A stretch of 64,000 bases of DNA from Malacoraja senta (taxonomy: Eukaryota). Below, piece by piece: positions 1 to 10,820 of the stretch. The notes beneath the pieces were generated by a model. The model did no database searches and was not told the origin of the DNA. It was given only the letters and a program-made list of their open reading frames with translations. The position numbers and the translations under genes are program-made. The stretch spans positions 124,001 to 188,000 of the forward strand of contig JAXLNO010000113.1 of NCBI GenBank assembly GCA_038087875.1, written 5' to 3'. Numbering within the stretch: the stretch's first letter is position 1; each line of letters begins with the position of its first letter.

Positions 1-116
1 TTTAGGCAGAAATGTGTTCTTGTAGTCTGGCACCGAAGAATTTGTTATTACTTCTTGTGACTTATTTCTCGTTGCTCTAGGAGTTGCAGCCCGAGATTGT
101 ACCATAGGAGCGCCAC
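1..116 (-). CDS. MBD5: MBD5 coding exon 4, 5' part, running off the window (S-GAPMVQSRAATPRATRNKSQEVITNSSVPDYKNTFLPK...)
   Basis: T-rich acceptor ending ttcAG|GTGGC at 117/116; in phase with the previous exon; SRAATPR..RNKS.E.ITNS motif of MBD5; open to position 1. Confidence 0.93.
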
Positions 117-246
117 CTGAAAAAAACATATTCATTATTTTCATCTCATTGCTCATACCATCTCAATCCTTACTTTGCTCCATTGTGTCCCAGAGTTAAA
201 ACTGACTTAAATCCGAAATAAATTTGGGCGCACTGAGGTTTTTTTT

Positions 247-281
247 TGTGTGTGTGTGTGGGGGGGGGGGGGGGGGGGGGG
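247..281. repeat. (TG)n microsatellite fused to a run of about 22 G
   Basis: Directly visible. Confidence 0.9.
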
Positions 282-1694
282 TTGGTGATTCAAAGATTGG
301 AAGGTTTGATGGAGAAAATTCAGAAATTGGAAGATGGCAAGAAAACCAGCCAGATTCTCACGAATGACTGACTGCTGGTTGGCAATTTTGGTTGGATCAT
401 AGGCATACGAACAGCAGGCAGAGACCTGAGTGTGTGGCTGTGAAGGCCTCGTGACTGAACATCCTATTAACAATTGCAACTCGTGACATGAGAGGACTTT
501 GTTTACTAGATAGTTGTGAGAAACTCAAAGGCCGTTGCCACTTCTTTCTGTGAACTCTCACAAACGTTCGTTACTTCTTTCATGAATGGAGGGGAGAACA
601 TTAGAAAAGGAAAATACACCATACACAGTTCTGCAGAAATAACCGGAATGGGCCAATCAATATTTGAAATGCATTCAAAAAAATACATCAGACATGGTTA
701 TTGAAAAATTGTGTGTTAGTAAGGAAAGTTAATAATAATGTTAAGACAGTCTTATAGTAAATAGCACTTCTGGCAATTTCACTGTGTGTTCTATTCAAAT
801 TTGTGGATTATTACATAAGGTCACATAAAATAATTTTTTAAATACACAAATAAAGACTATAACATTTTTAAATAGTACACTCTTCAATTTTAGCTGCAGT
901 AAAATCATACACTTGTTTTAATAAAGCCCCTTTATCCAGACAACATGATAAAGGTATTTCCAAATATCTATTGCCAACACCACAGAATGCATTGTACATT
1001 ACCAGCTGCAGTGTGCTGTCATAAACCCCTCTGCATCAGTCAATTTAGGTACAATAGCTTAGTGATTATCCTGAAGGCCACAAGTTCAAGTGCCAGAGGG
1101 GCAAATGGCAAAATAATGACAATTCAGTAACCTCTGGGTTTACTCAGACAATGAGCACAAAGGCTGCTGGATTGTTCTAAAAAACCATAATGGTTTGTTC
1201 ATGTCCTTCAGAGAAATAATACGCCAGATTCTATCAGTAATATGAATCCAATTATTAACATTGTTATTTATTTGTAATGGTGCAGGGCCAACTATAAATG
1301 GGAGATAAAAACTGAATCACCAATGTTACCTGTTCCTCAAGAACAAAGTTTTAAACAACAATATTATAATTTGATGCTGCTGGTGTCGAAGGTTAAATAA
1401 AAATTTAACATTCATGCACGGTAACTTTGCAATTAAAATATAAAACTTGAACAAAAGAGTCAAGGTTCTCAAAAGCACCTTCTTGTATTTAAACATAGCT
1501 TGATTGAAATTAAAACAACTGAAGTAAAAACAGAAGCAACTGGAAATGCAGATCAAGTCAGAAAATTATGCATGGAGAGTCGTTTCATTTATCTGTTGAC
1601 ATATTCACATTTAAAAACATCTTCTGTAAAATTTCTAATGCCAGAGCTTTCTTCAGCAGGAGAGAAGTAACTGAAAACTTACTTAAGTACAATC

Positions 1695-1885
1695 ATAGAA
1701 ATGGAGAGAGACCCTTCGGCCAACGCTCAGGTTAACTCACAAGCACCCATTCGCACTAGCCCTATTTTATTCTCCTCCCATTCCCATCTACCGCCAGATT
1801 CCACCACTCACCTACAATCAGCATGTCGTTGAGATGTGTTAGGAAGATGGAGTACTTGGAGGAAACTAACAGTCACAAGAGAAAT
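1695..1885 (-). mobile_element. Degenerate SINE fragment (V-SINE/HE1-like core)
   Basis: Reverse complement resembles the core and tail of the SINE at 61895-62195. Confidence 0.55.
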
Positions 1886-1900
1886 GTTCGAATTTCACTC

Positions 1901-2676
1901 AGGCAGAAGCAGAAGCAGCATTATCTGAATGGTGTCTGGTTAGGAAAAGGGGAAGTACAACGAGACCTGGGTGTCCTAGGATACAAGTCACTGAAAGTAA
2001 GCATACAGGTACAACAGGCAGTGAAGAAAGCTAACTGGCCGTCATAACGAGAGGAGTTGAGTAGAGGAGCAAAGAGGTCCTTCTGCAGTTGTACAAGGCC
2101 CTGGTGAGACCACACCTGTAGTATTGTGTGCAGTTTTGGTCTCCTAATTTGAGGAAGGACATTCTTGCTATTGAGGGAGTGCAGCGTAGGTTCATGAGGT
2201 TAATTCCCAGGATGACGGGACTGTTATAAGATGAAAGAATTAAGCGACTCGGCTTGTATTCATTGGAATTTAGAAGGATAAGAGGGAATCTTACAGAAAC
2301 ATATAAAATTATGAAGGGATTGGACACGCTAGATTCAGGAAACATGTTCCCGATGTTGGGGGAGTCCAGAGCCAGGGGCCACAGTTTAAGAATAAGGGGT
2401 AGGCCATTTTGAACTGAGATGAGGAAAAGGATTTTCACACAGATAGTTGTGAATTTGTAGAATTCTCTTCCTCAGAAGGCAGTGGAGGCCGATTCCCTGG
2501 ATGCATTCAAAAGAGAGTTAGATAGAGCTCTTAGGGCTAGCAGAATCAAGGGATACGTGGAGAAGGCAGGAACGGGGTACTGATTATGGATGATCAGCCA
2601 TGATCACATTGAATGGCGGTGCTGGCTCATTGGCCCGAATGGCCTACTCCTGCACCTATTGTCTATGTATCTATGT
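1901..2676 (+). mobile_element. CR1-clade LINE, 3' fragment
   Basis: YLNG..LGKGEVQRDLGV..SLKVS.QVQQAVKKAN, RPHL.YCVQFWSP and ESR.RGHSLRIRG motifs; tail GGCCTACTCCTGCACCTATTGTCTATG shared with many copies in the window. Confidence 0.92.
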
Positions 2677-3322
2677 AACACTGTGCCATCTTATCATGAC
2701 ACAGCAGTAACAAAATGTTATGGTTACCAGAAGCTTTCCATTTTAATATTTCTTTATTTGAATTTAAGTTGCCCCTGTGTTGTGATGGGAATCAAATGTG
2801 TGTCTCCAGATGAATGATCCTGTTCTGGTTGCTAATGCATTAACTTTACCATTGAGCTATTGTACCCCAATTCTCATTCACTCTATTTTTTTTCTGCAAC
2901 ACCAGCCGTCACTTGATTTAATCAAGACTCCCTTACCCAGTTCATGAGACAAAGCAGTATTTTTTTAAATTCCCATTAACTGCACTAAATTATATTGCAA
3001 CAACAGTTGCTGCTTTCTTTCATACATTCATTCCATTTAAACACCAGTTTAAAACATTGCAAATTTTGATTATCAACTATTAATGTTTGTCAATTAAAAG
3101 GATCTTGTCAATATTACATATTATAGCTTCTACGCTTTCAAGAAAATCATAGGTATACTCTATTGTTAATAGAAAGCAAACTATAATATCAATGTCAAAG
3201 AGCGATAATAAATACAGAAGATTGGAAAAGTTGAAAGACAATGCAACTTTTACTTAATGTAAATCACAATCCACACAGAGTCTTAAACGGATTGAATGTT
3301 ACTGGATTTTTAAAAAACTTAC

Positions 3323-3503
3323 TTGTTCCACCACCTGGGCTTGTTAAAAGCAAGGAAGGATGTGGTGTTTCGATACTTTTATGTAGTGTAGCTACAGCAA
3401 TGATTTTTCGTTTATGAATGCAAAGTTTTGTCAAATCTTCATCGGCCTTCACATCCTCTGCTGTTCTTTGTTTGACGGTTGCTCCAGGGTCAAAAGTGAA
3501 TAC
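3323..3503 (-). CDS. MBD5: MBD5 coding exon 3 ([60 protein letters not shown])
   Basis: Acceptor atttaAG|GTATTC and donor ACAA|GTAAGT; 181 nt; overlaps ORF 3264..3452; near-identical to MBD5. Confidence 0.97.
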
Positions 3504-3829
3504 CTTAAATCAAGATAATGCTTGTGTTACTAATTCACTGTCCCAACATTAATTCTGAAAGTCGTGATACTCACAGGGGAAAGTAAATTACTTTGGGGAC
3601 CAGCACTTTATATAAACATGATATTTTTCAACCACTATGCACATCTTCAGCCAATCTGCTGAAGATGTGTAAAATGGGACAGCTAGTTATTTTAATATGC
3701 CTCAAACAATTTCCCAGATGTTATATGTAGCGAGTGATGAAACACCCAACAGTTGGTAACTTCTGTATGTTTGCCAAAGGTAACATCATTGCAGGATTTC
3801 TTATAATGAAATAGGAAATGCTTAATAAG

Positions 3830-3925
3830 AGACATAGGAGCACTCAGCCTGTTGCGTCTGCTCTGCCATTCAATCATGGCTGATCTATTTTTCCCTCTCA
3901 ACCCCATTCTCCTGCCTTCTCCCTA
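3830..3925 (-). mobile_element. CR1 3' UTR fragment
   Basis: Reverse complement of the CR1 tail (ccattcaatcatggctgatc). Confidence 0.7.
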
Positions 3926-5769
3926 GGTCAGACAGTGCCTGTTGAGAGAGAAACAGATCATCTCCCTTTGTCCCTTTTCCAATTAACGTTCGGGTGCATA
4001 GCCAGGACTCATGGTGACTTTCTTAGGCTGCATATTAATTAATCCAAGTGAAATTATGTAAAAGTGGATTGTAGGTGCATCTGTAAAACAAAATGCAGAT
4101 CAATTGTTCCAAACAGGGCAAGATCAAAGGGAACAAGACTTTGCTTGTAATGTCATTTGTAGATGGAGATTAATTTAAAAAAAAATCTAAGACATTTTTG
4201 TATTATATAACCTAAAATTTATTCTCTGTTCAATTTCCTTGCAAATTATAACAAAATAGCAGGATAAAAATTAGCACTGTTTGTTTTCATGCATAATATG
4301 GATACATCTGTTTTTATTCTCATGAATACTATCAGTTTTGCTTGGCGAAAGCATTTTTCAAGTATCTTCCTGGTAATAATTCTAAGAGGAACATGATTCA
4401 CGAAAGACAATGAGTAAATCAAATTCGGTATTTCTGGTGGTTGTTGAGATCAAAAAAGCCGTTTGGATATGGATTACACCACTTGAGCATCTCTATTTCT
4501 TTTAAGCAGCTAGTAAAGAGGTGCTTTCTGGAACTGCTGCAGTCCTGCTGTTCTGAGAAAAAAGTTCCAAGATTTAAAGCAAAGTTACAAATACTAAGGA
4601 AAAGCATCTCAAGCATTAATAATTCCAGATTTAAAAAGGCCATTGATTTCACATCTTCACATTATCAAACCACTTCATGGTAAATGAACTGAATCACAGA
4701 TCTGATGAAAGAAAACAAACCTGCCAATTTGTATACTGCCAGAATGAATGAGTGATGAGGTGAATAATCAGCTAACCTATTTCTAAAATGAAGTAATGTT
4801 AGTTGTTCTTCCTTGAATAATGCAATGGAATCTTTAATGAAGCTGATTGACATTTGGACCGCTGTGCAAAAAAAAACTTTCACATATCATTAAAATATTA
4901 TTAAAAGCATAATGATTTGCTATCTAAAAAGGAGAGAAGAAGAGCTTGGATAGAAAGACAAATCTACAATGCATTTAGAATTTAAGCCAGGACATCTCAA
5001 TTCATGCCAGAGATCCTCAGTATTATAAAGTTGACATTAGATGAATTGTTGATTAAACTGAGCAATGAGGAACTGGACTATTTTGTACTGAAGATTCTCT
5101 CTGGAACCTTAATCTAAAGAGGATCTTCTAAAGCTCCTAATACGAAGTGTCTTTTTGATTATTCCCCCCTCCACTGGGCAGCAATAAAAGTCTCAGTCTC
5201 TAATAACTATTTGTCCTCACCTGCCAAGCTCTCTCTGTCATTACAAACTTAAACATCATTTTGGTCAGTCCTATTCTGAGCTTTCCTCTACTTGCTACTG
5301 TCGAGTTGTCTCAATGTTTTATAATTGTGACCACGTATCTTACTGACTGTCTCGAGCAGGCATTTAAAACAATGTTCATCTTCCTCATTCCACCCTCTCT
5401 TTCTCACTACATTCAACTCAGTAAAGCATAATATATCATTCCTTCCTCATCGCCATTATCCTTTTATTAATTTGAAAAGCTTTGTGGCACACTATATTAC
5501 TTATCCTTGCATTTCACTGTTAGTTTCTCAATTCTTTATAAAAGGCACATGGTCAATCAGCTTTGTAATGCTTTTTCCAAACTTAAGCAGCACCTCTTAA
5601 TGGAGTTAACTGGAATGCATGTAATTTTGATGTGTTGATGCTTAATAATATGTAATATTTGCATTTTGTATGGTGCAAATAAATTGTCCTTATTTTTCTA
5701 TTAGTCATATTATAAAGGAATACATTTGATTAATTGTCAAAAATGAGAAACAACTCAATTTCCTATTAC

Positions 5770-5872
5770 CTTTGAAAGAATAAGAGGACACTCCAAGCCA
5801 CATTTGCAAGTTCCATCAGTAAGTAGATATGTTTTAACTTGCTCGATGCAGGCCAATACTGAGCCACTTGGA
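5770..5872 (-). CDS. MBD5: MBD5 coding exon 2 ([35 protein letters not shown])
   Basis: Acceptor tttttttctttAG| and donor AAG|GTAATA; 103 nt; phase joins the previous exon; contains the MBD5/6 motif [18 protein letters not shown]. Confidence 0.97.
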
Positions 5873-6424
5873 CTAAAGAAAAAAAGGAAAAACAAAAACA
5901 TTGTGAAGTTCTGCACATATACAAGTTACCACTGAGAAAGTTTGATGCTAATCTAGTTTAACCAACCTGGATTTGTTGGCCAAAATGGCACACTTCAAAA
6001 CAGTTTGAAGTTGCAAACGTGAGAGCACGAGGAGGTTACAGAGTCAAATTGGATGAAATTGCTGAAGGCCCTTAAGTTAGGGCAACATACAAAGCAGTGA
6101 GAAATAAATCAGAGAAAAGCATTGTAGTTATGTAGGCTAGAATAGGCTAGACTGAAAGCTGAAATGGGTGGGCAGTCTTATAAGGAAAGGATAGGCAGAC
6201 TAGTTTTCCAGCTAGGAGTTTAAAAGATAGGACTTGACCACAACACACAGGAACTCGAGAAGTTTTGATGGAGGAATCTCTGTTTAACAATAAAGGGTCT
6301 TCTACCTTGAAAGGCATGGGGAAGGTGATTTTTTCCCCTCTATCAGCAGGTTACAAATCTTTTGTCTGACATTGAAAGCAGATGCTGAATTTTTAAGGCA
6401 TCTTCAGGTAGATTCTTAATATCA

Positions 6425-7445
6425 AGTTCATAAGTCATAGGAACAGAATTAGGCCATTCTACTCCACCATTCAATCATGGCTGATCTCTTTCCCTCTCAA
6501 CCCCATTCTTCTGTCTTCTCCCCACAACCTTTGACACCCTTATCAATTAAGAACCTGCCAATTTCCGCTTAAAAAATACCCATAGACTTGGCTTCCACAG
6601 CCACATTGCGCAGATTTACCACTCTCTGGCTGAAGAAATTTCTCCTCATTTCCTTTATAAAGATATGTCCTTTTATTGAAGACTGGACCCCAGCGTGTGC
6701 AGGCCCAGAGACATCAAATGTTCATCATACGTTAAACCAATTATCCCCGGGATAACTCATAACCCTCCTTTAAACCCTCTCTAATGCCAGCACATCGCCT
6801 TCTCAGATATAGTGCCCAAAACTGCTCACAATAAACCAAATGTGGTCCGAAAAGTGCCCTCTAAAGCCTCAGCATCACATCCTTGCTTTTATATTCTAGG
6901 CCGCTCGAAATAAATCCAAAATATATAAATTTGCCTTATTTACAATCGATTCAACCTGCAAATTAATCATTTGGGAATCCTGCACCAGCACTCCAAATCC
7001 ATTTGCACCACTGATTTTGAAATCTGCTCCCCATTATAAAACAATCTATGCCTTTACTCCTACTACCAAAGTGCATAACCAGACACTTTGCTATGCTCTA
7101 TTCTACCTGCCACCTCTTTGCCCATGCTCCCAACCTATCCAAGTCCTTCTGCAGACTCTTCCACACTACCTGCCACTCCACCTCTCTTTGTATCATTCGC
7201 AAACTTGACCATAAAGCCATAAATTCCATTATCCAGATTATGAATATAAACATGAAAAGTAACGGACATAATAACGACCCCTGCAGAACACCACTCATCA
7301 CTGATAGCCAACCAGAAAAAGCCCCCTTAATTCTCACTCTTTGCGTTCTGCCATTCAGCCAATCTTCTGTCCAAGCTCGTATCTTCTCTCTAATACCCTC
7401 ACATGTGGCACTTTATCAAAGACCTTCCGAAAATCCGAAATCAAG
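6425..7445 (-). mobile_element. CR1 LINE RT and 3' fragment, degenerate
   Basis: ORF 7098..7337 with GAFSGW..V.SGV.QGS and LQKDLDRLGAWAKRWQVE; CR1 tail near 6430-6520. Confidence 0.88.
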
Positions 7446-7529
7446 GATTGAAAGGTTACCAAGGGTAAACAAAAATACATAGTGGAGATTACAGATAAAA
7501 ATCCTCTGTGATCTTATTAAATAGTGCTT

Positions 7530-7658
7530 AAGAAAGAACTGCAAATGCTGGAAAAATCGAAGGTAGACAAAAATGCTGGAGAAACTCAGCGGGTGAGGCA
7601 GCATCTATGGAGCAAAGGAATAGGTGACTTTTCGGGTCGAGACCCTTCTTCAGACTGA
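7530..7658 (-). mobile_element. Penelope-like element terminal (pLTR) fragment with a hammerhead-like core
   Basis: Reverse complement reads CTGAAGAAGGGTCTCGACCCGAAAAGTCacctattcc...gatgctgcctcacccgctgagtttctccagc; about ten related copies in the window. Confidence 0.7.
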
Positions 7659-9327
7659 ATAAATAGTGCAGCAGGATTGAGGGGCTGAACAGTCACTTCT
7701 TATTCAAACCATATGTTCAGAATGGTTTTGGCATTCAGCCAAATCAAACTCTTAAATTAGATCAGTGGCTTACAGCCATATCACGACAGTTGGCAATTTA
7801 TCAATTTCAGGCCACAAAAATCAATATTTATTGTTGAAGTTGAAGTTGAAGCCACCATCACTGCTACAATTTGAATTTACAAAGAATAATTATCAGAGTT
7901 GCTTCAGATGATTTTGTCAAGGTTATGAATTTGGGTTTAAAATCAAACTTGCAAAGTCATAGTGATTCAGAACAAAATATTTAAATTGACTAATAATTGC
8001 CATGCTTATTTTCAAACAAAATCTCTGTGTCAGCTGGGCTTAATAGTAATACGGTCCTTTAGGTCAGTCCTTTCAGGACCCAACTCAGGTGATATAGTAG
8101 AGGTTTGACAAACTGTTTTAATGCTGCTGGTGCTATTTTTCAGTTGAATTGTAAATAACATTCCATCCACATAGGTAGTCAAAAAGATCCTACATCACTA
8201 TTCAAAGAGTTGGGGCTGGAGAAAAGGATGGATCTCCCTGTGCCTCTGAACACATACAAGTCCATTCTTCTAGCAGCACCACAGAAGTTGAAATGGTCTT
8301 TCATCTCTCCACTGCTCATGGAACATTTTTGCCTACATGGCAAATGGTACCCACACGTCAATAAATTAACAGGCTCCGCAGAAATTTGGGTGAAAGAAAT
8401 GAAAAGTGCTATAAATATATTTCATTTATAAAGATGAAAGCAAAGTGAATTGAAGACCAATTAACCAAAATATCTTGCTTTGCAGTTTTGAAGCCTATTA
8501 ATAAATAGTACAAAAGTTATTTGTTTAAGAATGAATGAAAATAGAATGTTCATAAAATTGTTGACATAGAAGAAAAATTATGTTTTTTGCATATTCTTAT
8601 TAAGTAATGAGCACAAAGTGATCCAACAATACTTTCAATAGTTATCTTGGCAACACATCTACTGTATGCTTATTACATTATCCTTCGAAGCAATTTGTCA
8701 GTTGGAGTCAACAGACAAATTCAGAATAGTCATAAACAGTGACTGCGCTCACCCCTATATTACTACACAAGTAAAGTTTAATATTAAAAATCAAAGTTTT
8801 GGCAAGAAACACTGTTAGGTGACAAGTTTATGTCAGCCTTGGATCAGTAGTAGCACTTCAGAATTGAGCATGCATTTCACACATTAACTGATCCAAATAT
8901 AGCCACTAGTGCAGGGCTCGAAATTAGCGGTTGCCCGGGTGCCAATGACCACCCAAAGTGCCGCCGGGCACCCTAAACGCTGAGTCATTTTGCCCGGCTT
9001 GGCACTGCAGATACTGGTTTATACTAAAGATAGACACAAAAAAACTGGAGTAACGCAGCGGGTCAGGCAGCATCTCTGGAGAAAAGGAACGTGACGTTTC
9101 GTGTCGGCTGTAGTGTCGGGCAAAGATACCAGGTGCGGGGTGACAAAGGGTCGGAGCGAATGACGGGCCCCGCACAGCAGCAGCCGCGACAATGGCTCCA
9201 CCTCCTCCCGCACCCCGCCCGCCCTGATAGCGGCCGCTGCGTGCAAATCCGCTAACGCCGATAACTGCTTTCAAAACAAACCCTCTCGCATGCCGAGGCC
9301 TCCTTTCGCCGTCTGAAGCAGCTGCAC

Positions 9328-9355
9328 CAAAGATCCCATAGCTATAGGATCTTTG
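9328..9355. mobile_element. 28-bp palindromic TIR remnant with 8-bp TSD (P-element-like footprint)
   Basis: agctgcac|CAAAGATCCCATAG-CTATAGGATCTTTG|agctgcac. Confidence 0.75.
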
Positions 9356-9759
9356 AGCTGCACCGCTCGGCCCCGCACCTTGCTGTTGGCTGGCGGTGGA
9401 GGGGAGGCGGTGGCGAGGAGATCCCAACCGCCTCCCCCTTTGACGGCAGCACTTGGCGGTGGACAGGGACGGCCAAGGCAGCGGGCCGATGTCCGAGGAG
9501 CGCTGACCTTCCATCCTCCCCACCTCGCCCCCCCTCTCTCTCTCTCTCTTGTACGCCCCCCTCCACCCCTCTTATCCTGAGACCCCTCCTCTCCATCCCA
9601 CATTGATCCCCATTCCCGCCTCTATTCAGTCCTCACTGACATCCCCTGTGCTCCCCTCCCCATCTAACCCCACCCCCCAATCTATTCATCCTGCGCTGAT
9701 CACCCTATCCACCTCGCATTTATTCTCCTGCCACCCTCCATCCATCCTACACTGGTCCC

Positions 9760-10820
9760 CCAATTCATCCTGTACTAACCCCCCTTCCCATCCATCCTGC
9801 ACTGCACCCCCCATTCATCCTGTACTGCCCCCCCCCCATTCATCCTGTACTGCACCCCCCATCCATCCTGTACTGCTCCCCGAATTAATCCTGTACTGAT
9901 CCCCTCATTCATCTTGCACTGCTCACCCATCCATCCTGTACTGATCCACCCCTTCATCCTGTACTGACCCACCCTCCATTTATCCTGCACCGACCCCCCC
10001 CCCATCCATCCTGTAGTGATCTCCCCATTCATCTTTTACTGATCCCCCATTCATCCTGTACTGATCCCCTCATTCATCCTGTACTGATCCCCTCATTCAT
10101 CCTGTACTGATCCCCTCATTCATCCTGTACTGATCCCATTCATCCTGTACTGATCCCCTCATTCATCCTGTAGTGATCCCCCATTCATCCTGCACAGACC
10201 CTCCGATCCACTGTACTGATCCCCCCCATTCATCCTGTACTGATCCTCCATTCATCCTGCGCTGCTCACCCCCCCCCCCATCCATCCTGTACTGATCCCC
10301 TCATTCATCCTGCACAGACCCTCCGATCCACACTGTACTGACCCCCCCCATTCATCCTGCACTGATCCCTCCATTAATCCTCTACTGAACCCCTCATTCA
10401 TCCTGCTCTGACCCCCCCCCATCCATCCTGTACTGATCCCCCCCATTCAAGAAGAATGGGGGAACAGTCTGAAGAAGGGTCTCGACCCGAAACGTTGCCT
10501 ATTTCCTTTGCTCCATAGATGCTGCCTCACCCGCTGAGTTTCTCCAGCATTTTTGTCTACCCCCATTTATCCTGTACTGATCCCCCCCATCCATCCCGTA
10601 CTGATCCCCCCATTCAACACCAGACATCCCCCGTGCTCTCCCCTCACAATTTTACATACTCCAACCAACATGTACTAATTCACCTGCCTCAATCCATCCA
10701 TTCCGCACCGATTGCCTTCTCAACCCCCCCACCCCCCGCCATCTATCCACCCCGCACTGATTCACCCCCCACCCCACCATCTATCCACCCCGCACTGATT
10801 CACACACACCCCCCTCCCTG
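9760..10820. repeat. C-rich minisatellite, unit about 23 bp (CATTCATCCTGTACTGATCCCCT)
   Basis: Near-perfect tandem copies around 10048-10160, degenerate outward; interrupted by a Penelope-end fragment. Confidence 0.92.
10449..10560 (+). mobile_element. Penelope-end fragment with an intact hammerhead-like core (10469-10496)
   Basis: CTGAAGA-A-GGGTC-TC-GACCC-GAAAC-GTT followed by the family tail. Confidence 0.72.

Noticed and set aside
309..371. MEKIQKLEDGKKTSQI, faintly like a Tigger/pogo HTH start
   Set aside because: Too short, with no TIRs or continuation.
4419..4883. Overlapping 70-80 aa ORFs between MBD5 exons
   Set aside because: No recognisable motif; the flanking exons already join in frame without them.
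10048..10200. Regular 23-bp repeats as a possible CRISPR array
   Set aside because: Head-to-tail tandem units with no unique spacers, in a vertebrate intron.
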